From Candidatus Omnitrophota bacterium (lineage in GTDB: Bacteria > Omnitrophota > Gorgyraeia > Gygaellales > Gygaellaceae): 64,000 nucleotides of DNA. Position 1 is the stretch's first letter. Each line of letters begins with the position of its first letter. Of this stretch, positions 1-10,730 are shown one piece after another. The DNA lies in NCBI GenBank assembly GCA_018400015.1, contig JAGYNB010000001.1:264124-328123 (forward strand), in the 5' to 3' direction. A program made the translations under genes and the position numbers. The notes under the pieces are model-generated. The model saw only the letters and a program-made list of their open reading frames with translations. It was not told where the DNA came from and searched no databases.

Positions 1-34
1 ACTATAATTTTACAAGAAGGGGGTGTAGTAGATA

Positions 35-235
35 ATGGCAACAGGAACAGTTAAGTGGTTCAATAACCAAAAAGGTTATGGTTTTATAACTCCTGAGTCA
101 GGTAATGATGTTTTCGTACATCATACTGATATTCAAGGTGACGGTTACAAGTCTTTAGAAGAAGGTCAAAAAGTTGAGTTTGAAATTGCTCAAGGTCCTA
201 AAGGTGAACAAGCCAAGAACGTAGTAAAGTTATAA
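35..235 (+). CDS. cspA: Cold-shock protein, CspA family
   Basis: 66 aa; [18 protein letters not shown]...VFVHH is the classic cold-shock domain RNP motif; RBS aaggggg 10 nt upstream. Confidence 0.9.
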   Translation: MATGTVKWFNNQKGYGFITPESGNDVFVHHTDIQGDGYKSLEEGQKVEFEIAQGPKGEQAKNVVKL

Positions 236-253
236 CCATAAAGAAAAAAAAGA

Positions 254-284
254 AAGACCCGGGAATGTTCCCGGGTCTTTTCTT
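254..284 (+). terminator. Rho-independent terminator between the two csp genes
   Basis: Perfect 11-bp stem aagacccggga/tcccgggtctt (254-264 / 269-279), 4-nt loop, followed by ttctt. Confidence 0.6.
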
Positions 285-302
285 GAGAAGGGATAACCTA
301 AA

Positions 303-506
303 GTGCATACAGGAAAAGTTAAGAAACTTATAAGAGATAAAGGTTTTGGTTTTATTAAAGATGTAGACGGCAGGCAGGTTTTTTTTCATAAGAGCACGAT
401 AATCGATAATCGTTTTGATTCTTTAATTGAAGACCAGCTTGTTGAGTTTGAAGTTGAGAAGTCAGATAAAGGCCCACGCGCTTTTAATGTTAAAGTCTTG
501 GATTAA
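303..506 (+). CDS. Cold-shock protein, CspA family (GTG start)
   Basis: 67 aa; VKKLIRDKGFGFIKDVDGRQVFFH cold-shock domain motif; second paralog in tandem. Confidence 0.85.
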   Translation: MHTGKVKKLIRDKGFGFIKDVDGRQVFFHKSTIIDNRFDSLIEDQLVEFEVEKSDKGPRAFNVKVLD

Positions 507-539
507 AAGCTAGATTACCAATCAGTTATTGATTTACCT

Positions 540-2108
540 ATGCTTGAACAGAACAAAAAAAGATACAGATTAAGAATAGTTATTCCTGCATATCCGGCGT
601 TTAATATTTATTCCTGCGTAGCTGATAAAACTACGGCTTTAGGGCCGGTTTGTGTAGCCAGTTCAGTAAATGAAATGTCGGGTTGGGATGTTGAGATAAT
701 TGATGAGAATAACCTGCGTATGTACGGTCCGCGTGCTCAAGATATTGGTGCAGATCATGAATTTTTACAGCAGTTAAGGCCTGCAGATGTGGTTGGTTTT
801 TATGGAGGCCTTACCAGTACAATTCCACGCCTTTACGATATAGCTAATTTTTATAAACAAAAAGGAGTAATTACGGTTGCCGGCGGCCAGCACTTTGCTC
901 AAGAAAATATTGCCGAGGCATTAAGTTCAGGGGTCGATTATGTGGTTATTGGAGAAGGTGAAGAGACGATTAAAGAGCTTCTTGTGGCGCTGCAGAATAA
1001 TAATGAGTTAGATTCGATTAAAGGCATTGCTTTTTTGGAGGATGGTAAGATAATTGAAACTTCTAAAAGAGAGCCTTTGATGGATTTTGACAATTTGCCA
1101 TTGCCTGATTTTTCTTTGGTGCGTTATGCAAAGATAAAGATGTATCCTGTGGAAAGAATCCGTGGCTGCGGCATGAATTGCGAATTTTGCACGGTAAAAG
1201 ATAAGCCGCGTTTTTCTTCTCCCGAGAGGCTTCTTGAGCGTATCAGTTATATTGTAGAAACTAAAGACGCCAGACATTTCTTTATAGTCGATGATTTATT
1301 TGGTCAACAAAGAGAAGAAACTATAAGATTTTGTAAGATGCTTAAGGATTATCAAGCGAATATCAACAGAAGGCTTGATTTCACGGTTCAGATAAGACTG
1401 GATAAGGCAAAAGATACCGAACTTTTGACTGTTATGCGCGAATCCGGCATAAATACAGTCGCCATTGGTTTCGAGTCCCCTATTGATGAAGAGCTAGAGG
1501 CAATGAATAAGCATCTTAAGGCGCAGGAAATGTTATCTCTTGTAAAGGTGTTTCATAGGTTTGGATTTTTGATCCATGGTATGTTTATTTTTTGCTATCC
1601 TATGAAGGAGGGGAATCATTTTGACATGTCCGTTGATGAAAGAGTAAAACGGATGAAGGATTTTGTAAAGAAAGCTAGAATTGATACTATACAGGTGATG
1701 TTGCCTGTCCCCCTTCCCGGAACCGAGTTAAGATCAAGGCTTGCGGCGCAGGGCCGCATATTTGCACTTAAAGATATAGGTTGGCAGTATTATGACGGTA
1801 ATTTCCCTCTTTTTATCCCCGATGAGCCTATGACTGCAGAGGATATGCAATGTTCCATAAGAAAGATCATGGGTAAGTTTTATCAGTTTAGGTATATGTT
1901 TATGGTGGTGGTTAGCATATTTTCTTTTCCGGCGATTGTGTTCTTTTTTAGCAATATTAAAAAAGGCTGGAGAATATGGTATCGTTTGTGGCGCAATACC
2001 TTGATTCGTTTTGGTGGTTGGATAACCATTAAGGGTTGGACAAGCGAATTTAAGAAAAATAAATTTTCTCAGCGTCTGCAACAGGCGCAAACACATCTAA
2101 AAGGTTAA
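540..2108 (+). CDS. B12-binding radical SAM protein (class B-like) with C-terminal transmembrane segment
   Basis: 522 aa; N-terminal Rossmann-like B12-binding region; RGCGMNCEFC CxxxCxxC motif; hydrophobic tail MFMVVVSIFSFPAIVFFF. Confidence 0.75.
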   Translation: MLEQNKKRYRLRIVIPAYPAFNIYSCVADKTTALGPVCVASSVNEMSGWDVEIIDENNLRMYGPRAQDIGADHEFLQQLRPADVVGFYGGLTSTIPRLYDIANFYKQKGVITVAGGQHFAQENIAEALSSGVDYVVIGEGEETIKELLVALQNNNELDSIKGIAFLEDGKIIETSKREPLMDFDNLPLPDFSLVRYAKIKMYPVERIRGCGMNCEFCTVKDKPRFSSPERLLERISYIVETKDARHFFIVDDLFGQQREETIRFCKMLKDYQANINRRLDFTVQIRLDKAKDTELLTVMRESGINTVAIGFESPIDEELEAMNKHLKAQEMLSLVKVFHRFGFLIHGMFIFCYPMKEGNHFDMSVDERVKRMKDFVKKARIDTIQVMLPVPLPGTELRSRLAAQGRIFALKDIGWQYYDGNFPLFIPDEPMTAEDMQCSIRKIMGKFYQFRYMFMVVVSIFSFPAIVFFFSNIKKGWRIWYRLWRNTLIRFGGWITIKGWTSEFKKNKFSQRLQQAQTHLKG

Positions 2109-2234
2109 TTCGTAATAAGCCGCGTTAATATTCAAGCTCAGTTTTTCCAATAAAGTTATGGTTAGCTTTTTGATTTTTCTTATTCAATATGATAGAATAC
2201 ATCCAAGTCAATCAAATAAATTATTATTAAGCCT

Positions 2235-2894
2235 GTGATGTCTTTAGATGCTATAAAAATAAGAAGACTAGAAAAGAAAGATATCCCTACTTTAAGAAAG
2301 TTGGCTGCTGATACTGCATATTTTGGCAGTGCCTGCGAGAATTTTTTTCCTGACAGAGAGTTTTTGTCGGTTTTAATCATGGATTATTATCTATTTTTTG
2401 AACCTGAGCATACTTGGGTGGCAGATGACAATGGAGAGGCTGTTGGCTATCTTTCTGCAGGGTTTGATGAATCTTCATATGCAAAGTATATGTTAAGATA
2501 CATGCCGAAATATTTTTTAAGATTTTTAATAAAAGGCGGCCTTTTTGATAAAAGGACAATAAAATTAATCTGGTATAATCTGTTGGTTGCGATCAATAAA
2601 CAGAATCAGCTAAAAAAAATTGACTATAGTAAATACCCAGTACATATCCACCAGAATATGAAACAGGGATATCGAGGTAAAGGTATCGGTAGCGGTTTGG
2701 TAAAGGCTTTTTTAGAATTTGTAGATAATAAAAAGTTTGGTGTTCATTTTCGCGCATTACGAGAGGTCGATAATTTTGCCTTTTTCGAAAGGTACGGTTT
2801 TAGAAAAATAGATTATAAAAGGGTTCCTATTTGGGAGAAGTGGCTTAATAGGAGCCCGCTTTATTTTATGGAATATGTAAGAGAAAGCGCATGA
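2235..2894 (+). CDS. GNAT-family N-acetyltransferase
   Basis: 219 aa; acetyl-CoA binding-like HIHQNMKQGYRGKGIGSGLVKAFLEF motif; stop overlaps next gene start (ATGA). Confidence 0.55.
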   Translation: MMSLDAIKIRRLEKKDIPTLRKLAADTAYFGSACENFFPDREFLSVLIMDYYLFFEPEHTWVADDNGEAVGYLSAGFDESSYAKYMLRYMPKYFLRFLIKGGLFDKRTIKLIWYNLLVAINKQNQLKKIDYSKYPVHIHQNMKQGYRGKGIGSGLVKAFLEFVDNKKFGVHFRALREVDNFAFFERYGFRKIDYKRVPIWEKWLNRSPLYFMEYVRESA

Positions 2895-3541
2895 TAGACA
2901 AAGTTATTAGTAAAGAATCCCTCCAGACAGGAATAAAGCGTATTTCACTTACCTTTGATGATGGCCCGGATAGGCTTTATACGCCCAAGATTCTAGATAT
3001 CTTAAGAGATTTTAATATAAAAGCAACTTTTTTCGTTGTGGGTAAAAATGCCCAGAATAACCCTGATATAATCACTCGTATCAACAAAGAAGGCCATGAT
3101 ATCGGTAATCATACATTTAGGCATCCGGTAAGCCCGCTTTTACTGAGGAGGAAGAACTTCATTAGGGAAGAGATTCTAAAAACTAACCGTATATTAAACA
3201 AGATCTTAGGCAAGATCCCGCTTTTTTTCCGTCCGCCTCTTGCAAGGTGGGATGCCTCAAGCAAGGATTTAATTTCTCAGGCAAGAAAGTTTGGCCACGT
3301 GAGCGTAGGTTGGTCGTGTTCTTCTGTTGATTGGATAGGCAGCCGCAAGATAATAGCAAATAAAATACTTAAGAATCCCAAAAAAGACGGCGATATTATA
3401 CTTTTGCATGACGGTGCGGAGAAAACATTCATCAAAAAAAGAAGCGCAACGGTAGAGATGCTTCCTGCGATTATCAAAGATTTACAAGAAAAATCTTTCC
3501 AGATGCTGTCATTAACCAAGTTGTTGTCTAATTTTCATTGA
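2891..3541 (+). CDS. Polysaccharide deacetylase (CE4 / NodB homology domain)
   Basis: 216 aa; LTFDDGPD...ATFFVVG...GHDIGNHTFRHP are the canonical NodB motifs. Confidence 0.8.
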   Translation: MIDKVISKESLQTGIKRISLTFDDGPDRLYTPKILDILRDFNIKATFFVVGKNAQNNPDIITRINKEGHDIGNHTFRHPVSPLLLRRKNFIREEILKTNRILNKILGKIPLFFRPPLARWDASSKDLISQARKFGHVSVGWSCSSVDWIGSRKIIANKILKNPKKDGDIILLHDGAEKTFIKKRSATVEMLPAIIKDLQEKSFQMLSLTKLLSNFH

Positions 3542-3628
3542 TTAAAACATTAATAATATCTATTGCAAAATAAAAGAGTATATTATAGAATATGCTCGTC
3601 TTTATAAATCCTTCAAAGGGGTATCGTT

Positions 3629-5374
3629 ATGAAAAATAAGCCAATCAATAAAGGAATAGAAAATCTTCGAAAATCCGGTAGTAATGTTTATAAAAAAGGC
3701 GCGCAGATGTTGCCGTGTGTGTCTTTGATGATGGCAGAAGGAGTTTTGGACTCTGTTAAAGATTTAAAGAAGCCTTTTGTGACTATTGTCAATTCCTACA
3801 CTACGCATATACCCGGTCACGCCCATTTGGATAAGATCGGAGAAGTCGTAAAAAAACAGCTTGAAGGTATGGGTGTTAATGTTTGGTATGCTAATATTGG
3901 CGGTGCAATTTGTGACGGTATTGCCATGGGACATTTTGGGATGAAGTATTCGCTAGCTTCCCGCGAGCTTATTACTGACCAGATCGAAACGATTATCGCA
4001 GCGCATCCTTGCGATGCCTGGATTGGGATCGGCAATTGCGACAAAATCGTTCCGGGGATGTATAATGCCATGGTCAGGCTTAATATTCCGTCTATTTACG
4101 TAAGCGGCGGACCGATGCTTGCTGGTAAAAATAATACTGATTTAATATCTGTTTTTGAAGGTGTGGGAAAATACAGTGTAGGTAAACTTTCTAAGAAGTC
4201 ATTGGAAGAATTAACAGAAGTTGCCTGTCCAGGTTACGGTAGTTGTTCAGGGATGTTTACGGCTAATTCGATGAATTGTTTGGGTGAAGTATTAGGTTTT
4301 GCCTTATCCGGTAACGGCACAATTCCGGCAACAATCCGTGTGAAAGATAAAACCAGACAGTTTACGATTAACCCCCAAAGGATAAGCCTTGCGAAAAAAG
4401 CAGCCAGAACTTTGGTAGATTTAATGAAGAAAAATATTAGACCTCTAGATATTTTAACCAAAGACTCAATTGATAATGCTTTTGTTCTTGATATGGCTAT
4501 GGGTGGTTCTACCAACACAGTGCTGCATATCTTGGCTTTAGCGCATGAGGCAGGAATAGATTATGATTTAAACCGGATTAGTTATATTGCTAAAAATACG
4601 CCAAACGTAATAAAGATTGCTCCTTCAAGGCCAGAGGTTCATTTAGAACATGTTCACAAAATAGGCGGAATGGGAGCAATATTAAAATCAGTTGTTAAAT
4701 CTAAGAAAACGCCCTTGAAACTTAACGCAAAGACAGTTTACGGTAGTTTAAAGAATTATGTTTTAGGATCTCCAGAACCAGATGGCAATATTTTACGCAG
4801 TGTTGATAATGCTTTTTCCAAACAAGGCGGTTTGGCAATTCTTTTTGGCAATATTGCCAAAAAGGGTGCGGTGGTAAAAACCAGCGGTGTGGAAGCTGAC
4901 ATGATGCGTTTTACAGGACCAGCTAAGATATATAATTCTCAGGAAGAAGCATTAGAGGGTATTTTAAAAGGAGAAGTCAAAGACGGTGATGTGGTCATAA
5001 TTCGTTATGAAGGTCCAAAAGGCGGACCTGGTATGCAGGAAATGCTTTCTCCTACAGCGGCAATTAAAGGTGCAGGGATAAAGGCGGCGCTCATAACCGA
5101 CGGCAGATTTTCCGGAGGTACGCGCGGGTTATGCATAGGGCATGTTTCACCTGAAGCCGCATCCGGCGGCGAGATAGGTTTGTTAAAAAACAAAGATATA
5201 ATTGAAATCGATGTTGAGAAAAAATCATTAAACGCCAAGGTTTCTAGCCAAGAGTTTAAAAGAAGGGCCAAAGGTAAAAAACCCTTTGTCTGTAAGGTGG
5301 AGGGCGGTTGGCTTCGCAGGTATTCATATTTTGTCACTAGCGCAGACACTGGCGCAGTATTAAGCAATCCTTAA
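3629..5374 (+). CDS. ilvD: Dihydroxy-acid dehydratase (IlvD/EDD family)
   Basis: 581 aa; CDKIVPGM and SGGPM motifs; the C-terminal GG-rich region is typical of IlvD/EDD dehydratases. No other ilv genes nearby. Confidence 0.7.
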   Translation: MKNKPINKGIENLRKSGSNVYKKGAQMLPCVSLMMAEGVLDSVKDLKKPFVTIVNSYTTHIPGHAHLDKIGEVVKKQLEGMGVNVWYANIGGAICDGIAMGHFGMKYSLASRELITDQIETIIAAHPCDAWIGIGNCDKIVPGMYNAMVRLNIPSIYVSGGPMLAGKNNTDLISVFEGVGKYSVGKLSKKSLEELTEVACPGYGSCSGMFTANSMNCLGEVLGFALSGNGTIPATIRVKDKTRQFTINPQRISLAKKAARTLVDLMKKNIRPLDILTKDSIDNAFVLDMAMGGSTNTVLHILALAHEAGIDYDLNRISYIAKNTPNVIKIAPSRPEVHLEHVHKIGGMGAILKSVVKSKKTPLKLNAKTVYGSLKNYVLGSPEPDGNILRSVDNAFSKQGGLAILFGNIAKKGAVVKTSGVEADMMRFTGPAKIYNSQEEALEGILKGEVKDGDVVIIRYEGPKGGPGMQEMLSPTAAIKGAGIKAALITDGRFSGGTRGLCIGHVSPEAASGGEIGLLKNKDIIEIDVEKKSLNAKVSSQEFKRRAKGKKPFVCKVEGGWLRRYSYFVTSADTGAVLSNP

Positions 5375-5385
5375 ATAGAATATTT

Positions 5386-6516
5386 ATGCAAAAAGTTTTT
5401 AAACGTAATCTTAAAATTATAAGCGTACTTATACTTTTGTACCTATTTTTAGTAAGTATAAAGATGATGGGTAGTTCTTTTAAGATGTTTGGTTCCGGAT
5501 TCGCTGAACGTCTGATTTGTTCCTGCAGTAATCCTATTGTAGGCCTATTTATCGGGATTTTGGTTACAAGCATAATACAGAGTTCTTCCACCACCACCTC
5601 CTTAGTAGTTGGTTTTGTTGGAGGGGGAATGCTTCCGATTGGGTATGCTATTCCGATTATTATGGGAGCGAATATCGGCACAACTATTACCAATAGTCTT
5701 GTATCGTTGTCTTTTGTAACCAGAAGAGAGGATTTTAGAAGGGCTTTTTCCGGAGCAACCATGCATGATTTCTTTAATCTCTGTTCGGTAATCCTGTTTT
5801 TGCCTTTAGAATTGAAATTCCACTTTCTGCAGCGGTCAGCTTTATTTCTAACGAAAATATTCGAGACAGTCGGCGGGGTAAGATTTACAAGCCCTTTAAA
5901 GATAATAATCGATCCGATTATAGATTTAATTGAACACTTACTAAAGAATGTTATACATACTCCTGATATTGCCTGCGGGGTTATAATGCTTTCGGTTTCG
6001 GTAATTGTAATGATATTTTCTCTTGTATATATCGTTAAAGTTATGCGTTCTTTGATTATTTCCAAGACCGAAGGTTTTATCCATAAATATCTTTTTAGGA
6101 ATGACGCTACGGCATTTGTATTGGCTTTGTTATTGACAGCGGTAGTACAAAGCAGTTCGGTTACCACGGCTTTAGTGGTGCCGTTAATTGGAGCAGGTAT
6201 ACTTACGGTTTATCGGGCATATCCATATGTTTTGGGAGCAAATCTGGGGACTACTTTTACCGCGCTTTTAGCATCTTTAGCAACCGTGACTATTTTAAAC
6301 GGCAAGGCAGTAAATACTATCGGAATAACCGCTGCATTCGCTCACTTAATGTTTAATATCTGCGGAATTGTTGTTTTTTATCCTTTAAGAAAAATCCCCA
6401 TATATTTTGCAACTAAACTTTCTGATTTGGCATACCGTAAGAGAAGATGGGCGCTTGTTTATGTATTGGGGTTTTTTATTGTGATTCCTTTGGTTATGAT
6501 TTTCTTTGTTAAGTAA
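5386..6516 (+). CDS. Na+/phosphate cotransporter (NptA / Na/Pi-II family)
   Basis: 376 aa polytopic membrane protein with duplicated QSSSTTTSL / QSSSVTTAL repeat motifs characteristic of Na/Pi cotransporters. Confidence 0.75.
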   Translation: MQKVFKRNLKIISVLILLYLFLVSIKMMGSSFKMFGSGFAERLICSCSNPIVGLFIGILVTSIIQSSSTTTSLVVGFVGGGMLPIGYAIPIIMGANIGTTITNSLVSLSFVTRREDFRRAFSGATMHDFFNLCSVILFLPLELKFHFLQRSALFLTKIFETVGGVRFTSPLKIIIDPIIDLIEHLLKNVIHTPDIACGVIMLSVSVIVMIFSLVYIVKVMRSLIISKTEGFIHKYLFRNDATAFVLALLLTAVVQSSSVTTALVVPLIGAGILTVYRAYPYVLGANLGTTFTALLASLATVTILNGKAVNTIGITAAFAHLMFNICGIVVFYPLRKIPIYFATKLSDLAYRKRRWALVYVLGFFIVIPLVMIFFVK

Positions 6517-6540
6517 ATTCAAAAGAAAGAGGTGGTTTAA

Positions 6541-7212
6541 ATGTTAAGAGAAATAATTGCTATCTGGAAGGGTGAAAGTTTTATGAATAAGGTGGTTGAG
6601 GAATTCGTCCAGATGCTTGAGGATGCCAATAGTGTTTTCGAAAAGTCATGGAGTGCATTTAAGGAAAATAATGTTAATGATCAGATAAAAAACGAGATTT
6701 ACGATAAAGATAAGTCCGTTAATAAAAGAGAACGCTCGATAAGGAGGATGCTTCTAGAGCATTTAAGCATAAATCCTCAGCAGGATGTTTCCGGGTGTCT
6801 TGCGATGATAAGTCTGGTAAAAGATGCAGAGCGTATAGGAGACTATGCTAAAAATATCTTTGAGGTGGCGATACTTATGTCTGAGGAATTGAAAGACATG
6901 AAGTATGTCTTTAGGCTTAGCGAAATCCAATCTAGGATTAATTTACATTTTGTGGCACTTTTTACGGCTTTTAAGGATTCCGATGAGGCTAGCGCAAAAA
7001 AGGTTTTGGATGATTATAAAGCTATTAAAGAACAGTGCAACAGCGTTTTAAATGATCTTTTGGGTGATTCTATGTCCAATAAAGAGGCAGTTTCAACTGC
7101 TTTGCTTTCCAGGTACCTCAAGAGGATAAACTCTCATATCAGCAATATTGCTTCAGGATTGGTCTATCCCTTGGATAGAATAGATTTCGTAAGGGGCGGT
7201 ATTTTAGAATAG
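6541..7212 (+). CDS. PhoU-like phosphate-signalling protein
   Basis: 223 aa; DAERIGDYAKNIFE PhoU-domain motif; directly downstream of the Na/Pi transporter. Confidence 0.65.
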   Translation: MLREIIAIWKGESFMNKVVEEFVQMLEDANSVFEKSWSAFKENNVNDQIKNEIYDKDKSVNKRERSIRRMLLEHLSINPQQDVSGCLAMISLVKDAERIGDYAKNIFEVAILMSEELKDMKYVFRLSEIQSRINLHFVALFTAFKDSDEASAKKVLDDYKAIKEQCNSVLNDLLGDSMSNKEAVSTALLSRYLKRINSHISNIASGLVYPLDRIDFVRGGILE

Positions 7213-7222
7213 GCAAGCTTCA

Positions 7223-7251
7223 TTGACTAAATTCAGGTAGCGTACTATAAT
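7223..7251 (+). promoter_or_regulatory. Sigma70-like promoter upstream of the sensor kinase
   Basis: TTGACT (7223-7228), 17-nt spacer, TATAAT (7246-7251); 45 nt upstream of the ATG at 7297. Confidence 0.4.
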
Positions 7252-7296
7252 TATATCAACAGGCGATTTCTTGAGAAAGCCTATAATAATCCTATC

Positions 7297-10200
7297 ATGA
7301 ATCAAGCTGTCCAAAAAAGATTATCTGCAAAATACAACAAATTAAATTCATTCACCATGTATAAAACTACAATCGACTCTATGGCTGATGCCATACACGT
7401 CATTGATCGGGATTTTAATATTGTCATATTCAATAAACAATTTAAAAGATGGAACCGTATTCTAAAACTAGAGACTAAAGCTGTGGGAAAGAAGCTTTTT
7501 GATATTTATCCATTCTTGCCAAAGAAAGTTTTGTATGAGTATAAACAGGTTTTTGAAACGGGAAAGGTTTTATCTACAGAAGAATCCAATGTTATAAACA
7601 ATAAAGAATATGTTACTGAAACACGTAAGATCCCTGTTGTCGAAAAAGGGGAAGTTGTAAATATTATTACCGTAGTGCGGGATATTACCGAGCGTAAAAC
7701 AAAAGAAAAAGAACTTCTGCTTAAGAATATGGCTATAGAATCTTCGATGGCAGGTTTTGCCATAGCGGATATGAAAGGTAAGCTGATTTCTGTAAACAAA
7801 GCCTTTTTAAAGATATGGGGATATAACAGTAAAAAACAGGTTTTGGGAAGACCGGTCAGTCAATTTTGGTTAACGGAAAGACAGGTTGTGGATGTCTTGC
7901 AAGACATAGGAGAAAATAGCGAGTATTTCGGAGAAATGGATGCAAAAAGAAAAAATGGTTCTTCTTTTGTCGCTAAGGTTTCAGCATGTCTTGTTAAAGA
8001 TAAAGATAATAAGTCCATTGCGATGATGGCTTATTTTATGGATGTTACCAAAGAAAAACAAATCAGAGAGAATTTAAAGGATTCGGAAGAAAAGTACCGG
8101 CTGGTTATGGAGAATATGAACGATTTGGTTTTTCAGATTTCTCCGCTTGGGTTCATTCAGTATGTAAGCCCGAAAGTTAAAGAGTTTTATGGTTATGATC
8201 CGCAGAAACTCATAGGCAAACATTTAAAGCAAACCACAGTTTTAAGTCAACTGCCTAAAGCTTTATTGATATTGAAACGTGTTTTAAGTGGTGATAGCAT
8301 AAGAGGTTTTGAAATAAGGCTTAAAGACAAAAAAGGTAAATCTACCGCAATGGAGATTAATATATCTCCGGTAATGAGTAATGGACGTATCATAGGTGCT
8401 CAAGGAGTGATGAGGGATGTTACCCACACCAGAAAGATTCAGCTTGCCATAAGAAAGAACGAACAGCTTCTTAAAGCTATTATAACCAACAGTCCAAACT
8501 GTGTTTATGCAAAAGATAGCAGGGACAGATTCATTTTAGTCAATAAAAAGATGGCTTCTTTGTTTTCGCTAACACCGGAGGATTTTATAAATAAAACCGT
8601 AGATGATATATTGAATAAGTTTGGTAAAAAGGCGAGAAATAAGTTTAAGAAGATGTTCGATACCGATAAGCAGGTTATCAGAGAAAAGAAAATAAGAGTT
8701 TATCCGCAGGATAATTTTGTATTTCCTAATGGGAAAGAACTTTGCTGTAGGGTGAATAAAATTCCTTTTGATACCGCTGATTACAGAAATTGTGTTTTAT
8801 GTATTGGGATCGATTTGACCGATTATAAAAAAGCTATTGAACAGGTAAGCCTTTTAAAGGAAAGAATAGAGTTTATTTTGGGAGCAACGAAAACCGGCCT
8901 AGATATTATCGACAGCGATTTTAATATTATTTATGTAGACCCGGTTTGGGCAAATAAATACGGTAATCCCATAGGCAGAAAATGTTATGAATATTTTATG
9001 AAACGTAAAACACCTTGTCTTGATTGCGGTGTGATAAAAGCTAAACGTACGAAAAAACCTGTAGTTTCAGATGAAGTCTTGGTTAGAGAAAAGAATAGGC
9101 TTGTGCAGGTAACAACTATTCCTTTTAATGACGGTAAAGGCAATCTGTTGTTTGCTGAGGTTAACGTCGATATCACCGAAAGAAAGAAATCAGAGGAAAA
9201 ATTGGCGGATTCCGAAAGAAGAATGGAAGAGCTTTATGAAAGCAGCCGTGATGGGTATGTATTCGTGGACATGCAAGGCAATGTAAAAGAATATAATAAT
9301 GCTTATAAGGATATGCTTGGCTATAGCGATAAAGAGATCGCCAAATTAAATTATAAAAAACTTACTCCTAAAAAATGGCACGCTATGGAAGATACGATTG
9401 TTAAAAATCAGATATTAAAGTACGGATTTTCCGAACTATATGAAAAAGAGTATATTAGAAAAGACGGTAAAGTTATTCCCGTAGAATTAAGGACTTATTT
9501 AGTAAGGGATGTTTTTGGTATGCCCGAGGGGATGTGGGCGTTTATTAGAGATATTTCGCGCAGAAAAGATATAGAAAATAAATTAAAACAGGCTTATGAT
9601 AGGTTAAAAACAACTCAGGACAGTCTTATCTTGTCAGAAAAACTTGCCGCATTGGGCAAGTTCTCATTAGGAATTGCTCATGAGGTAAAAAATCCTCTTG
9701 GTATTGCCCTGGGAGGAGTGGAATTCTTAGATCAAAAACTGGGCTCTAGTGATAAAGAAATTGCCATTACAACCAGCAAGATAAAAGACGCGCTTATGAG
9801 AGCGAATAAGATACTTTATTCGCTGTTGCAGTCGGCAAGGCCATCAAGTATGAATATCGCCGAAGGCGATATAAATGAATTGATTGATGATGTATTAAGC
9901 CTGGTAAGATTCAAGATCGATCCAAAAAATATAGTTATAGAAAAATCATATGCATTAGATTGTATAAATGTAATGATGGATAAATCCCAGATTCATCAGG
10001 TGATGTTTAATGTTTTTATGAATGCTATTGAGGCAATTGATAAAAAAGGCAAGATATCAGTAAAAACATATGTAAAATTATCAAACGATAACAAAAAACA
10101 ATGTGTGATAGAAATTATTGATACTGGCAAAGGGATAAAAAAGGATCATTTTTCTAAATTATTTGAGCCATTTTTTAGCACAAAAGACAAAGAAAAAGGT

Positions 10201-10317
10201 TTGGGGCTAGGGCTTATTATTGTTAAAAATATAATCGACAGGCACAAAGGGGCCTTTTCCATAAAAAGTCAGGCCAATAAGGGTACTTGTGTATTGGTTA
10301 CTTTACCTATGAACTAA
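7297..10317 (+). CDS. Multi-PAS sensor histidine kinase
   Basis: 1006 aa; several PAS/PAC-like repeats; H-box LGKFSLGIAHEVKNPLG; C-terminal HATPase_c (N, G1, G2 boxes: IIDTGKGI, GLGLGL). Confidence 0.85.
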   Translation: MNQAVQKRLSAKYNKLNSFTMYKTTIDSMADAIHVIDRDFNIVIFNKQFKRWNRILKLETKAVGKKLFDIYPFLPKKVLYEYKQVFETGKVLSTEESNVINNKEYVTETRKIPVVEKGEVVNIITVVRDITERKTKEKELLLKNMAIESSMAGFAIADMKGKLISVNKAFLKIWGYNSKKQVLGRPVSQFWLTERQVVDVLQDIGENSEYFGEMDAKRKNGSSFVAKVSACLVKDKDNKSIAMMAYFMDVTKEKQIRENLKDSEEKYRLVMENMNDLVFQISPLGFIQYVSPKVKEFYGYDPQKLIGKHLKQTTVLSQLPKALLILKRVLSGDSIRGFEIRLKDKKGKSTAMEINISPVMSNGRIIGAQGVMRDVTHTRKIQLAIRKNEQLLKAIITNSPNCVYAKDSRDRFILVNKKMASLFSLTPEDFINKTVDDILNKFGKKARNKFKKMFDTDKQVIREKKIRVYPQDNFVFPNGKELCCRVNKIPFDTADYRNCVLCIGIDLTDYKKAIEQVSLLKERIEFILGATKTGLDIIDSDFNIIYVDPVWANKYGNPIGRKCYEYFMKRKTPCLDCGVIKAKRTKKPVVSDEVLVREKNRLVQVTTIPFNDGKGNLLFAEVNVDITERKKSEEKLADSERRMEELYESSRDGYVFVDMQGNVKEYNNAYKDMLGYSDKEIAKLNYKKLTPKKWHAMEDTIVKNQILKYGFSELYEKEYIRKDGKVIPVELRTYLVRDVFGMPEGMWAFIRDISRRKDIENKLKQAYDRLKTTQDSLILSEKLAALGKFSLGIAHEVKNPLGIALGGVEFLDQKLGSSDKEIAITTSKIKDALMRANKILYSLLQSARPSSMNIAEGDINELIDDVLSLVRFKIDPKNIVIEKSYALDCINVMMDKSQIHQVMFNVFMNAIEAIDKKGKISVKTYVKLSNDNKKQCVIEIIDTGKGIKKDHFSKLFEPFFSTKDKEKGLGLGLIIVKNIIDRHKGAFSIKSQANKGTCVLVTLPMN

Positions 10318-10332
10318 AACAGGAGACGTTAG

Positions 10333-10701
10333 ATGAAAAAAATAATGATAGTTGATGATGAAAATGATTTTTGTTTTTTTATCAAGAAAAACCTAGAAAT
10401 TACCAAGTTGTTTGAGGTTGTAGTTTGTACAGATGCAAACAAAGCATTTAACGAGATAAAGAAAGAAAAACCAGACCTTGTTATTTTGGATGTGGCTATG
10501 CCTGGTAAAGATGGCAGCCAGATTGCTCAGGAAATAAAAGAAGATCCTGATCTTGTAAACCTGCCGTTTATATTTTTGACAGCTTTAGTTACTGGAGAAG
10601 AAGCAAAAAGGCAGGCTGATCAGAGTAAACGCCAGTATATATTCGCCAAACCTGTTGAAATACAAAGTCTTATCACCGCAATAAACAGAATTTTGAATTG
10701 A
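10333..10701 (+). CDS. Response regulator, receiver domain only (CheY-like)
   Basis: 122 aa; MIVDDE...LDVAMPGKDG with conserved Asp; no output domain. Confidence 0.8.
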   Translation: MKKIMIVDDENDFCFFIKKNLEITKLFEVVVCTDANKAFNEIKKEKPDLVILDVAMPGKDGSQIAQEIKEDPDLVNLPFIFLTALVTGEEAKRQADQSKRQYIFAKPVEIQSLITAINRILN

Positions 10702-10730
10702 TCTGAAGTAATTCTAAGAAAGTTTAACCC

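Noticed and set aside
5337-6167. 276-aa minus-strand ORF
   Set aside because: Entirely antisense to the well-supported Na/Pi cotransporter gene and the ilvD 3' end. Low-complexity, no RBS, no recognisable domain. Treated as a spurious antisense ORF.
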